A stretch of 64,000 nt of DNA, taken from contig CM097885.1 in the NCBI GenBank assembly GCA_044892525.1, forward strand, positions 177,506,001 to 177,570,000. The letters are read 5' to 3'. Of this stretch, positions 29,628 through 42,300 are shown piece after piece. A model generated the notes under the pieces. The model made no database searches and was not told the DNA's origin. It was given only the letters and a program-made list of their open reading frames with translations. This DNA is from Schmidtea polychroa (lineage: Eukaryota). The stretch's first letter is position 1; each line of letters starts with the position of its first letter. A program made the translations under genes and the position numbers.

Positions 29628-29666
29628 CACCTGATGATGACAGGAAAACTGTCGAAATATATCGTG
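29628..29666 (+). ncRNA. Minimal type I hammerhead ribozyme of the Penelope pLTR
   Basis: CAC-CTGATGA-T-GACAG(GAAAA)CTGTC-GAAA-TATAT-C-GTG: stem I CAC/GTG, stem II GACAG/CTGTC, short palindromic stem III, ATC cleavage triplet; ~240 nt after the GIY-YIG stop. Confidence 0.85.
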
Positions 29667-31051
29667 AAAAGAATGTTTGATTGGCGTTATCTTATAATTT
29701 ATTATCAATTATTTTATTTATTATTCTTTTATTTTTCTAGTTGGCCGATTTTTCGAATGCGATATTTCTCTTAACTGTGTTGGTGATTGCAACTTCTTGC
29801 GTTTCTTGATTTTATTATACGTGTTTTATTTATTCTTAATGTGTTATGTACTTTATTTTGTATTATTTGGTGTATGTTTTATAGATTTTTATGTTATGTA
29901 TTGTCGATCCATTAAAACAAACTCTCAATCTTCGATTCTAGCCCAACAGAGTTGTTTCTTGTCAAAAAATTTTTAAGGATTTGTTAACGGATTTTTTTTT
30001 CAATATTGAAATTTTTCAGTCCTTAGTCACCTGCAGTTTTACCTCAACAGTAATTAACTTTTTATAGTAAGGTTTCAAGCTTAAGACTGTATCAATGTCA
30101 CTTCTAGCTGGTGTACCTTGGGCGGGTTGTGTTTCAATGGATAAAACTTAGCTATGGCCAGTTGTTACTAAGCATGTTGTCATTTCGAAAAAATAGGTTA
30201 CGCCTAATCTAGTTAAATATTTGAAAATATCTTTTCATTTTTGAAACAGTAAATATTTAATTTTTTCTATTTCAATATTGGCAATGTTTTCATAGTTAAT
30301 CTATTGAAATTGTAAAATTTCGAAGTTAAATTCATTTCATTAACATTTTTATTGATCAATATTCATTTATTACTTACTTGAAAGACAAAATTTTGAAAAA
30401 AAAATTTGTATATTTATTATAAAGATATTTATGAATAATTTTAAAAATAAATTCGATGTTACTAAATTTTAATTAATTTTTTAAGTAAGTATCATAAATA
30501 ATGTTAAAATTATTAACAATAGTATTTTAAAATGCCAATAATAGTTAATACCTTATAGAATTTTAAAATTTTAATATATATAATAAACTTCGATTCTATG
30601 CAATCTTAATTTAGGTTAAACCGTTTAGAAAATTGTCATATTTTTATCTTTTAACATTTTTTATAATTCTTAACACATAACAAAAGATAGTTTATCTTGT
30701 TTTTATATTCTAATTGTTTTTTTAATTGAACTAATATCATGATAATATGAAAAACGTTTTTGAATTTTTCAAGTTAGTATTTTTATTTTCATAATAACTT
30801 TTTATAATTTTTTTACATATTTTACTTATTTACTATTTATATCTGTCTGCTTTAAGTATGTATTAAAAGTGTTAGGAAAACTGGTTTATAAAATTTTCCA
30901 CTAAGGATATTACATCAGAATTATATAATAATACAGCTAGGTATTTAGATATATATTTTAAAATAAAGTAACTTTAAATTTCTTTCTATAATATTGATGT
31001 GTTTATCAAAAACAAAGTTCTGAATTTATTTTATAAATTAATTTTAGATCT

Positions 31052-34051
31052 ATGGATAAAAAGAAAATCTTTTCTTTAAAGAGTAAAGAAATCGATAAAA
31101 AGTTTTCAGAAGTTAGTTTGTTAAATACTCCCATCCGGGATGATATGCCTGAAAGTGAATTCGAAGAATTATTTGCAAAGTTTATGGATGAAATGAATAT
31201 TGGTTTGGATAAAAGAGGCCCTTTACTTACTCGAAGTATTGAGGATAAAAGGAAATTGTTGAGTCAAATTCATTCATCATCAGAGACTAGTCCATCAAAT
31301 TATATAAATACATTAGTTGATATCGTTGAACGTCAATGGAGCATAGAGAAAATAATTGTAAAACTTGATTCGTTAAGAGTTTATTTAAATAGTTCTCCTT
31401 TGTCGAGAGTAAAAGAATTTAATAATGAATCAAATAACGGTCTTAATAAATTGATCGTTGTTTTAAGTCACTACATTGAAAATTCTGAAATCTCTCTTCA
31501 TTGTTTAAAATGCTTAAGAGCATTTGGTAATTGTGGATATGGATTATTAACTATTATCAATAACAAAGAAGCTCTCTTATACGTATCATTATGTCTCAAC
31601 GCTCAATACCCAAACTTAATGTGCTTAGCAATAGAACTGTTGACGCTCTTTACTTTTTACAGTTTTGAAAGTCATGCTAATGTTATGGAAGCTTTATATC
31701 TTGGTGCTCAAATGCAAAATCACATCGAACGCTTCACTCCTATTATAAATGGTCTAGATGTTGGAATTCACAATAGACAGAGTAATCTCCTTATTCCCTG
31801 TCTCCAGTTCATAAATGTTATCGTCAATCCTAATTTCAACGACACGAGCACTTGCTCAAATTTGGATTTATACTATCGAATGCATTTACGAATCGAATTC
31901 GTTAGTTGTGGACTCAATACCTATTTCGATTCTCTGTCAAATATCGACGATGAAAATATCAAACAATACATTCTTGCCTTTCAAACCGATTCCGATGATG
32001 AAGATGAATATAATAATAAAATCGAACTCGAAGTACTTTTAAAAGACCGTGATATAGTTTATCAAATATTGAATCGAACCCTTTGTCAAACAAATTGTGA
32101 CAGTTCTTTCACGTCCATTCTCAGACATCTGGTTATTATTAAAGATACCCCAATTCGTTACAATTTGTTTCGTTTGATCAACGATGTTATCGCAGAATTG
32201 ATTCTCCACAGTGACGGAATGTGTTTGGATCCGACGTTGAATCAACTCGATGGATATAATTTAACAGATGTATTTGAAAAATTCAACGATCCCAACTATC
32301 TACAGAATACAACTGAGCTCCAAGAGAAATATAATAAAATCCTAGAAGAAAAGCATGAAACCGAAATTAAATTGTTTTCATTGGAAAATAAAATCGGAAT
32401 TAAAGCATCAGAAATCCCGCAACAGCAACCGCAACAATCGCAACCCATCAATCAAACACAAATGCCTCCTCCTCCTGCACCACCGGCGCCTCCTCCACCG
32501 GTGCCAGTAAATAATGCATTTAATGCACCTCCCATCCCTCCTCCACCCCCTCCCGGTGTTCCGCCACCTTTAAAAGAACCACTACTAGAACCGACATATC
32601 CCTTCGGAATGCAAATCAAATCCAACTTAAAACCGAAAGGTCTAATGAAAAAAGCCAATTGGAACAAAGTCGACTTCAAATTAATGGATAGGAACTGCGT
32701 TTGGAAAAAAATCAATGACAGCGAAATGAACACCAATGAAATGCTAATGGAACTGAACGAGAAATTCAGCACGAGGGCATTCAAACCGAAAGACGTGTCC
32801 GATGATAATTCGTCTCTCAATTCCTATTCAACTCTCCCGAAAAAGGTGAAAGAGTTCAAAGTGCTCGATTCGAAATCCGGTCAAAATCTGGCGATTCTAT
32901 CGGGTTCCTTTAAAGTGCCAGCTGAAGAAATCAAAAGACGAATTCTCGAGCTCGATGAAGGCCTGCTTACCCAGACAAATGTGGAGAATCTATTGAAAAG
33001 CCTCCCGCCACAGGAACAGTTGGCAAAGCTGTCTCGCATGCAAGACGATTATGAAAATCTCAACGAGGCCGAACAATTCGGCTGCACTCTATCGACAATC
33101 AAACATTTACACCTTCGTCTCAACAGTTTTCTCTTTAAAATGAAATTCAACGAGCGAGTTACCGACATCAAACCGGCAATCGTTTGCGCTACCCAATCAT
33201 TGAATGAAATCCGGCACAGCAGCAATTTCATTAAAATCCTGGAATTGATATTGATTTGCGGGAATTTTATGAATGCCTCTTCCAAGCACAATCAAACTGT
33301 CGCTTTTCACATTAGTTTTCTCGGCAAGTTAATCGATACCAAAGACAACCAAAACGAGGGAACATTGATGGAATTTATCGTCAATCAAGTCCGCAACAAA
33401 TACCCGTATTTAATCAATATCACAACTGAGCTCTCGTATTTGGATAAGGCGGCAAAAGTTTCCAATGAAACCATCAGTTTAACGATTGTAGAAATGAGGA
33501 AAATGAAAATGGATTTAGAACGGGAACTGAAAGATTACAGACAACAATCAGACAATGATAACTATTTCCCGATTATGCAGGAGTTCCTGGTCAATGTCAA
33601 TGAGCAATTGACTTTGATTTCTGAAATGAACAAAATCCTCCAATCATCATTCAAAGAAATGGCCAAATATCTCTCGTTTGATATTCAGAAATATCCGATG
33701 GAGGAATTTTTTCATGACATCAAAATATTTAAAGATAACTTTCAAAAGGCAAATAAAGAAATTGAAATCGCTATTCAAAACGAACATAGGCGACAGAAAG
33801 CCCGAGAAGAACAACTGCGTAGGGAAATGGAGAAATCAGAAAGACAAAGTCGTCAGTGCAAAGTTACTCAGGAAGAGGATAAAAAAGTTTTGGATAATTT
33901 ACTTGTAACGCTTAATAGCGGCAATGCATTTGGTAATCGTAAGGATGCTCGTAAGAAACGATCGAAGAAAACTGAGAATATAATGGTCATTAATCGGTCT
34001 AGGTCGAGAAGGGATTTCGATAAAAACCTGATTCAAGTTTCTCCGAAGTGA
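31052..34051 (+). CDS. dia: Diaphanous-related formin (GBD/FH3 - FH1 - FH2 - DAD), single coding exon
   Basis: GBD LFAKFMDEMNI..KRKLLSQ; poly-Pro FH1 ~32460-32580; FH2 MKKANWNKV..KSGQNLAIL..LELILICGNFMN..AFHISFLGKLIDTKD; DAD LDNLLVTLNSGNAF plus basic tail. Confidence 0.95.
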   Translation: MDKKKIFSLKSKEIDKKFSEVSLLNTPIRDDMPESEFEELFAKFMDEMNIGLDKRGPLLTRSIEDKRKLLSQIHSSSETSPSNYINTLVDIVERQWSIEKIIVKLDSLRVYLNSSPLSRVKEFNNESNNGLNKLIVVLSHYIENSEISLHCLKCLRAFGNCGYGLLTIINNKEALLYVSLCLNAQYPNLMCLAIELLTLFTFYSFESHANVMEALYLGAQMQNHIERFTPIINGLDVGIHNRQSNLLIPCLQFINVIVNPNFNDTSTCSNLDLYYRMHLRIEFVSCGLNTYFDSLSNIDDENIKQYILAFQTDSDDEDEYNNKIELEVLLKDRDIVYQILNRTLCQTNCDSSFTSILRHLVIIKDTPIRYNLFRLINDVIAELILHSDGMCLDPTLNQLDGYNLTDVFEKFNDPNYLQNTTELQEKYNKILEEKHETEIKLFSLENKIGIKASEIPQQQPQQSQPINQTQMPPPPAPPAPPPPVPVNNAFNAPPIPPPPPPGVPPPLKEPLLEPTYPFGMQIKSNLKPKGLMKKANWNKVDFKLMDRNCVWKKINDSEMNTNEMLMELNEKFSTRAFKPKDVSDDNSSLNSYSTLPKKVKEFKVLDSKSGQNLAILSGSFKVPAEEIKRRILELDEGLLTQTNVENLLKSLPPQEQLAKLSRMQDDYENLNEAEQFGCTLSTIKHLHLRLNSFLFKMKFNERVTDIKPAIVCATQSLNEIRHSSNFIKILELILICGNFMNASSKHNQTVAFHISFLGKLIDTKDNQNEGTLMEFIVNQVRNKYPYLINITTELSYLDKAAKVSNETISLTIVEMRKMKMDLERELKDYRQQSDNDNYFPIMQEFLVNVNEQLTLISEMNKILQSSFKEMAKYLSFDIQKYPMEEFFHDIKIFKDNFQKANKEIEIAIQNEHRRQKAREEQLRREMEKSERQSRQCKVTQEEDKKVLDNLLVTLNSGNAFGNRKDARKKRSKKTENIMVINRSRSRRDFDKNLIQVSPK

Positions 34052-37000
34052 TAGATTTTTTTTTATTTCAGACTCAGATTATTCCTGTATATTAAAATAT
34101 ATTTTTATATTATTTAATTTTTTTATTTTAAATTTTCAGTTGAATATTTATTACAATTTGGGTTGTATGCAATTGATATTATTTTAATGATATTAATTAC
34201 ATAAAGACCTTAAATTCACAAAACCAAGAATTAAGCTGTAAAATTATAGTTGATTTAGTCAAGATTTGAATTTCTAGATAGGGGAGCGTGCAAGTTTTTC
34301 ATTGGAGGGTAATGATAAAAATTTCGATAATAGGTCTTTACTAGTCAAATCTAAAAAAATAAAATATTATATATATAGACTACATTTAAACAAATAAATT
34401 TTGACAAAAAGTAGAGATTGGTTCCATAATCCCCTCTTCAAGTGTCGTTTCGTTGGGTCTCATCGTTAGCTATATTCTTCATAATATCTAAATGATCAGC
34501 AGTTTAATAATTTAAATGACAATAAAATAAATAAACCTTTCCGCAGTGTTAATTGAAAATATTCGACCTAAAATAGATCCCTGTTTGCTCAATCAGATTT
34601 TTCCAATAAAATTATTCTTTAAATCGCAATCATATATGCAAAAGTTGGTACATATTTTATTTTGATGTTGAAGAAAAAGAAAGAACAAGTTTCGGTCGTC
34701 CTTTTACCTCTCAATACAGTCAAAATATCTAGTGACATATTTATTAAATCTTAAGTCTGGTGAAGAATTCTGAAAGCACGTCTAATAGCCTACACGAGTA
34801 GGGGTTAAAAATTTGTTTTTTCACTACAGAAAAAATAGATCATTATTATTTTGTTTCAATATGCCATGAAAGCTATAAGCGTAATCATTATAATCAAATG
34901 ATAATTGTAAGAATACTCTTTACATTGTCAATCTTCTCTCTGTGGTCTAAGGTGTAAACACATCGTTGGCTAATAGCAACGTATAGAAAAAGTTTCCGAG
35001 TGGCACATTTTCAAAATTTTTTAGAAATGCCTCACATAATTTGTAAAAATATTTTATTAAAATCAGAGAATTTGATTGTTGTAAGAAAGCTATAAAGTAT
35101 GAAATGCTTAACCGTATTTACGTAACCGTGTTTTCGTTAGTGTTTTCCGTAATTTGTTTTATATTTGTTTTTTATTCTATATGTGTACCTTGTCAGATTA
35201 TATATTTGTAGACAAAACGAAGGTATATGAACCGTACTTTATCAACTAAGTGATAAAATACATAATTAAAAAAATCCACTCTTTTGTTGAGAGCATTAAT
35301 GATATTTATGATATTTTTTTCAAAATATACGTTACAAGCACCCAAATTGTACCAATAAATGATTTATTTCCCTTTTGCGTGCTATTTAAAACAAAATTGT
35401 AATTTAAGAAAAGTAAAATTTTGTGTAATTAAAATCAAAAGTGATTTTGAACGTTACATTTCACATAAATAAAACCTACAAATTTGATTTAATTGTATAT
35501 TATAACATTGCTTTTATGATACTTATTGTTTATATTGACAAATATACCGAGTTCGAGTAAAACAAATGTTATAGTTTGTCTGACTTTCATGACTCTGTTA
35601 TTTATTTATTGTTTATTTTGAGATAAAATAATGATATATTATAAAAGAAACAAATTTTCTTATTGGAAACTATAATAACACTTGATTTATTATCGTAATA
35701 ACTGAAAAATTGCTTTTGGTACACAATTGCTGCATAAATTAATTTATATAATTATAATTTCTTTATAATTTAACAAAAAAAATCTAATCACATTTTGCAT
35801 TCATTGAAATTTTCATTATAGAAATTGTTTTCGAGATTTTATCTCTTACATAATATTTTTTTTTCGTGTGTTAATTATCTTGAAATGCAAATATGCTAAC
35901 AGAAAGCAAAAATCGCTTTATAAAATCATAATAATCGTCGTTTTTGCCGAACATTACTATCAGGAAAGATAAAATCATTTATAAAATATTAAACTTTTCA
36001 CATTATATTGTTTGTTTTGCTTACTTAATATTAGAAAAAATAAATCATTTGTTTGAATTATTATTGGGTTAATTCCACTTAGAAAGTGAATCAAAAGATT
36101 ACATTAAGCCCATGACTTTTCATGTATAACTGATGTATGACCAGTGCCATGATGTAACTCTTGGGGGTCCTGCATTAAAATACAGACATCCCTCGAATAA
36201 TGCGGTACTCAATTTTTTTTTAAATAAATCCTTTTTCTAAAAATGATTAAATAATTCGGAATATAAATTCTAAATATTAAATTTTTTCAGGAATTCCAGT
36301 TGTGAATAACAAGAAACCAATTAACCGTGTAATACGAAATTTATATTTTATAAAAATTCTTTTGGCGTGCAAGTGTTGCAGTTATGGAATCAGCTATACC
36401 TCAGGCCGAGTTTCAAATACCCCTTATAGCCTATCTACTGAGTGTCATTTTGTAAAAATACAAATATCACTAAACAGATTCCATTAACAGAAACTAGACT
36501 AAATTCTTAAAATATCAAACTTTTCTACTCTAAAAAGGTTCATAGCTTATGTAAAATTTTGCTGACTCGACTGCTGCGCCTGTGGGAATGAAGATACACT
36601 TGGGTAGCTATTGATATAAAGGCTATGAGATGAATGTTGACTTTGAAAATACGTTTCAATAATCGAAAATTCCAATAGGTATACTTACTACTAAATCTAA
36701 TACATCAATAAAAAAGTGTATGAAAATAGTGACCGAATGTCAGAATCTATTTTACAATCAATGTTGCTGTTAAGTTTCAAAACAGAGGATTATTGACCAT
36801 CATATAGGAAATGTCTGACAGATGTGAGAGTAATTAGTTAAAGGAAATTTGACAAGAAAAGTCTTAAAAAAGTTTATGAATATGACATTACGAAAACACA
36901 ATACAAAACTAATAAAGTTTATTAGTTTTCGATTAAAAGTCATTAACTCTTTCAGCATGACCAAATGTCAAGATTGCATAGCAATGAAAATAACAACAAT

Positions 37001-37061
37001 TTATTTATTACTGACTAATAATAGATTAATAAAAATAAATTTCAAACTATTTATTATATAA

Positions 37062-37371
37062 CCCTTTGAGGGCGCCGTGCGACTACAGTCACACAACTTT
37101 ATTTTGGTCTTGAGGGCAAAATTCGACTCTAGTCCACTAAATGCCAAAAACTTCTAGTTTGCACCAATATATTCTACAGCTTGTAATAGTTGTCAAAATA
37201 GCCATATTTTAATTATATTCTTTTTAATAATTTTAATGATATTTTATGAAAATATATGTCTAAATTCAAAGTGTTTTCCAAAAAAAATTCAATTTAGGAA
37301 AACTTCATTTTTTATGGCAAAATTGCACCTTTGGGGGAATAAAAAATTTTGAGCCCGTCGCCCTCAAAGGG
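37062..37371. mobile_element. piggyBac-like MITE
   Basis: Perfect 13-bp TIR CCCTTTGAGGGCG / CGCCCTCAAAGGG, flanked on both sides by ATAA. Confidence 0.75.
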
Positions 37372-37449
37372 ATAAAAATACAATTATACAATGCATATCT
37401 TACATTCCTCCCTTCCTTCGCTTGAAAATGGACTCTGGCTTATTGGTTT

Positions 37450-38000
37450 TTGTCACTGTTGATATAAACTTTTCGGTGAACTGTTCCATTATTTGCTGGT
37501 GTTTACTGATTTTCCTCGGAACCTTTTCTAATTTTATGACGTCGGTAAACTTTGTTTTTTTGATATTTCGTTAAATTATTTTGTCTATTTCTTTATTGCA
37601 CAATATATACATCCATTTTGCCATGATCTTTTTAATAAAAATTCGTTTAATATATTTATTTTCAAATCTTTTACCTTACTAGTTTTTACCAATTATCAAA
37701 TCTCTGACTAAACTCTACTTCAAAGGTTTTTTATAAATTCAGGTTGAATATTCCTGATTTTTTTGCGCATTTTCAATTTCTTTCTCATTGGACAATTCCT
37801 AAATATAATTTTGAATGGCGGGAATCCTATTAGTTTATCCTACTTCACCATTAAATATTTGTCCTAGATAATTAATTTCTATTTTAAGAAAACCATTTAT
37901 CAGTGAATAACTTTAACTCCATTTTTAAAACTCTATGGATCATATTTTCAAGTTTCGGATCATTCTCTTCTATATTTTTCCCAAATATCAACCCATTCTC
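37450..38000 (-). pseudogene. Highly decayed Gypsy RT fragment
   Basis: Minus strand gives FLKIEINYLGQIF..RIPAIQNY and LIFGKNIEEND, matching the RT C-terminal pattern; many stops; boundaries approximate. Confidence 0.4.
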
Positions 38001-38679
38001 GAAATATACAATATAACTCAACTTATTTTCCTTTCTTGAATTTTATTTTGACACAAAAATATTACAAAAAAAATAAAAATTATCTATAAGTGTCAGTAAC
38101 AAGTTATAAAAAAGAAATATAAATTAATTTGGACAGAAGAAAAATTGGAAAAAACCATCGAAGTGATAAAACAAGAATGGCTAAAAAAACTTTTAATTAT
38201 TTTTATAACTGGGGGAGCGAAAATTGGAAATAAAACATCTCACAGGTAAAGCAGTTTTATTCAAATATTCGAGGGTTCAATTTGCTTTGAATGAAAGAGA
38301 AATCGGAAACATAAGTTTTTTGCATAATTGCAGTAAAAAGAATCAAATCGATTGTAATTCTGACAACCAATAAATTTTGGTAACATTGAAAATCTGTTAT
38401 TGTTGTTAATATTCCAGAAGTCAGATCGATAGTTAGTATTTCATTTCACCGACAACCCTAATAGTATTGTTAAATGTAATTTGTTTATTTTGTAAAATAT
38501 TAGCATAAAACAACTTCCAGAACGCTGGAAAAAGTGTGTGGACTTTAAAGGTGACTATTTTCAACATTTCAGATTTATAGACGATTGATATTTTGGTTAT
38601 ATTTCCAATTTATATATAATCTTTATTGGTTAAATAAATATTATTTTCTATCGGACAAGACTTTCATTCCAATCATATA

Positions 38680-39244
38680 CAGGAATACCTCGAAAAGTAC
38701 GGTTAATCGGTTCTGGAATTTAGCCGTACTATTTGAAACCGGACTATTCGAGGCATTATGGCGCTAATAAATTTACGACTTAGTACCCCTATTAAGAAAT
38801 TTAAAAATCGTGATTATAATCTAGTAAACAAAAAATATTTTGTTATGTATTTTTATTTTTCTGATATTCAAGAGCAAAACAAGAATATTTAACACAGTTG
38901 TACATTTAAATATATATTTATTGAAATTTATAAGCCGGCAATACCAATTCATTGCTACTAAATCAAAAAAAAAGAATATTTCATTTTAAAAATATTAAAA
39001 ATAGCTGATGAAAAACAAATAAATAAAATTAAATAAACATAACAATTTAATTTAAAAAAGATCAACAAAAGCAATTCACTTAAATTCTAATGTTTAGATT
39101 TATTTTTTATTGTTTAAAAATTTCAATAACGCAGTCTCTTCTACATTGAATATTTGTTCGTCTCTGTAACCACCTTTTTCAAATTTCAAAACCGTGCTAT
39201 GAGAAACCGTACTGATCGAAACCGTACTATGCGAGGTATTCCTG
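38680..39244. mobile_element. Tigger/pogo-type MITE
   Basis: TIR CAGGAATACCTCG / CGAGGTATTCCTG with TA on both flanks. Confidence 0.85.
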
Positions 39245-39349
39245 TATATGTAATAAACCAAATGCATTATTGAATTTTAAAAAGACTATTGCATATAATA
39301 TTTTAAAAAATATAAAAAGATTTTTAGATGATATATGATACTTTTTTGC

Positions 39350-42300
39350 TATACGATACTTTACTTTCATTCTTTTCCAATTGTGCTGCCATTGTTTTTC
39401 TTTTTTTAATCATAATATTCACGTATTCTTTTACGTCTGAATCCTTGTTATCCCTTGATTTCCATTATTTTTATATTTTCTTGCCGTATACTACTTCCGC
39501 AGACTAAAGCCTATTGAACTCAGAATCGTCGAATTAAGAATAAATTTCACCCCTGGCAGTAAATTTGCCCAATTTTTATACATTTTATCTTTTAATGAAA
39601 TTTGAATTACATGCTTATGATTCTGAATTGTCTTCCATTAACTGAATGATGATATGCCTTGAGTATACCATTTCAATTCAGTGAATGTTCATTAAGTCAT
39701 TTATTAGTTTTGGTTCGAATGTTGCTCCTCTGTCGCAGTGTATAAACTTTGGTGCTCCGTATTTTAAAATCCAATTATTTTTCAAAATAGCTCCTGTTGT
39801 ATTCTCATCTTGTCTTGATACTGCATTTAATGATAAATATCTACTGAACTGATCCATAATTGCCAATATATATCTCTTTCCATGAATTTAAAGATCCACA
39901 AAAATCAACAAAAATCGTCTCAAATAAATTCGAATCATTATGTTTAAAAATAGTTTCTTTCGTTCGTATTGTCAATAATTTTGTTCTTTGGCATTCTTTA
40001 CAACTGCGGATTACAATCTCAATTTGTTCACGTTTATTTTCAAAATCAAATGTTTGTGAAATATAATCTTGTATTTTCTTCACCCTTGCGTGGCATAACG
40101 TTTGATGAGTGTGTTCTATGAGTTCTGATGAGTGTCTTATCTTTTCCTTTGGTATCCATATTTTCCTTTTGTTCGTTGTTATTACATTGTTGTTAATTTC
40201 AAATTTGATTTCTTCTCCTTTTAGTATTTATTTTCTTATATTAAAAATCTCTATAGAACCTTTTTGCGACATGGAACCATCATCTCCTAGCATCAACGAT
40301 AGGAATCTTGTCTTCAACCTGCCTTTCTTTGGTTTTTCGTGTATTGTTTGACACTGTATGAATGTGTCACATTCGTTCCGTGATAAAACATCAGAATTGA
40401 CATGTAATTTGCCTTTCCTGTACTCTAAATTCATATCCAAACCACTAAGATGGTTAATCCACGCCTGAAACTGTTGTGTAATAGGTTTCTTGGTTTTAAG
40501 CATAAATGTTATTGTCTTGTGATCCGTTTGGAGTCTAAATCACTTCCCATATAAATAATGTTTAAAATGTAGAGTAAAATAATAAATTGCAAGTAATTCT
40601 TTTCTAGTGATGCAATACCTTAATTCGTGTGTACTCATTGCACGCGATCCATACGCAATCACTCTTTCATTTCCATTAGAATCTAACCGTGAAAACACCT
40701 CTCCTATTCTATCAAAGCTTGCATCAATATCTAATATAAATTCTTTTTTAAAATCCGGGAAAGCCATTATTGTAGCTCTCATTAATTGTTCTTTCATACC
40801 TTGAAACGCTATTTCGCATTCATCTGTCCATATTAATATTTTTTGGTTACTCCCACATAGTTTCTCCAAGTTCTTAGAAAACTTTGTATAATTTTCAATG
40901 AATCTTCGATAATAATTCATAAGTCCCAAAAATCTCCTCAACCTCTTTAAACATTTTGGTCTTTCGAACTGTTGTATTGCGTCAATTTTACAATCCTCCG
41001 TTCTTATACCATCTTTATTTATGATATGGCCTAAAAACTTAGTTTCACATTTCAAAAAAAGCTTCTTTCCAATTTAGTGATCCAAGTACTTTGTTCATTA
41101 ATTTTTGGAAAGTATCTGGAGCCGCTGCTATCCCAAATGGCATAGGATTGAAGCAATATTGCTCATTTTTTTTGTAGAGAAAGCCGTTTTCTTTTTTGAA
41201 TATTTACTTAACTCCACTTGGTAATATGCACTGCCTAAATCTAGTGTTGTGAAAAATCTCCATCTATTAAGAGCGTCCATCATTTCTTCTGTATTTGGTA
41301 TTGGAAAAATAGGTCGCTCTGTTACTAAATTTAATGCTCGAAAATCTAAGCATATCCTTATCTCATCTTTGTCTTTCTTTTTAATGCATGCCAGTGGCGA
41401 ATTCCATGATGATTCGCATTTCTTTATAATACCATTTTTTTCCATCTCTTTAATATTTTCTTCTATTTTTGATAAGAGGTGTACTGGTTGACGTCTTGGA
41501 TTAATAACAATTGGAGGTCTTGTCGTATTATTTCGATTTTACCAATGTCCCATTTATGTTTCATAAATACTGTTTCATATTCTTCAATTAATTTCTCGAT
41601 TTCTTTGTCTTCTTTTCCCATTTTTTAAAAATCCTCTTTTTTTGTTCAATATACCTTATCTCATATTTCTCACTATCGGTTCTTTGTAAGTATATATTAA
41701 ATTCCATTAAAAAATTTATCCCTCAATTAAATCCTCCAGTAACATAGAATTTTATTGGTTTTGAAATACCCACTACAAATACAATTATATTAATCTTTCT
41801 CATTACAGTTATGCCACTACCGTTTGCACATTTCACTTCAGTATCACATTTCTCCAATGTTACGTTTTCAAATCTTTTATGAATTTCGTATTCTAAAACA
41901 CTAGTCTTTGCCCCTGTATCAAGCATACACATTGCTTTTTCTTTATTTATTTCAATTTCTACACAGGGTCTTCCTCCCATATGGTTATAATTAATTATAA
42001 ATTCTTTAGGATTTTCCACTTTTATATTGAAAGTATTCTGACTTTTAACGTTACTAGAGCGATATGGTTTAAAAATTAATTTATTTTCATTTAATTTATA
42101 AATCATAAATATTATAATTATTAAGTTCATTCAAACTATTATCAAAATACATGTCAACATTCAAATTACATTCATTCTCATTCAGGTCATACATACATTC
42201 ATAATCTTTGAAATCCATGCAAACATTATTCGAAATATCACTTACATTCAATTTATGGCTCCGATCACTTCCACAGATGTAGGAGCAAATTTGTTTGGGT

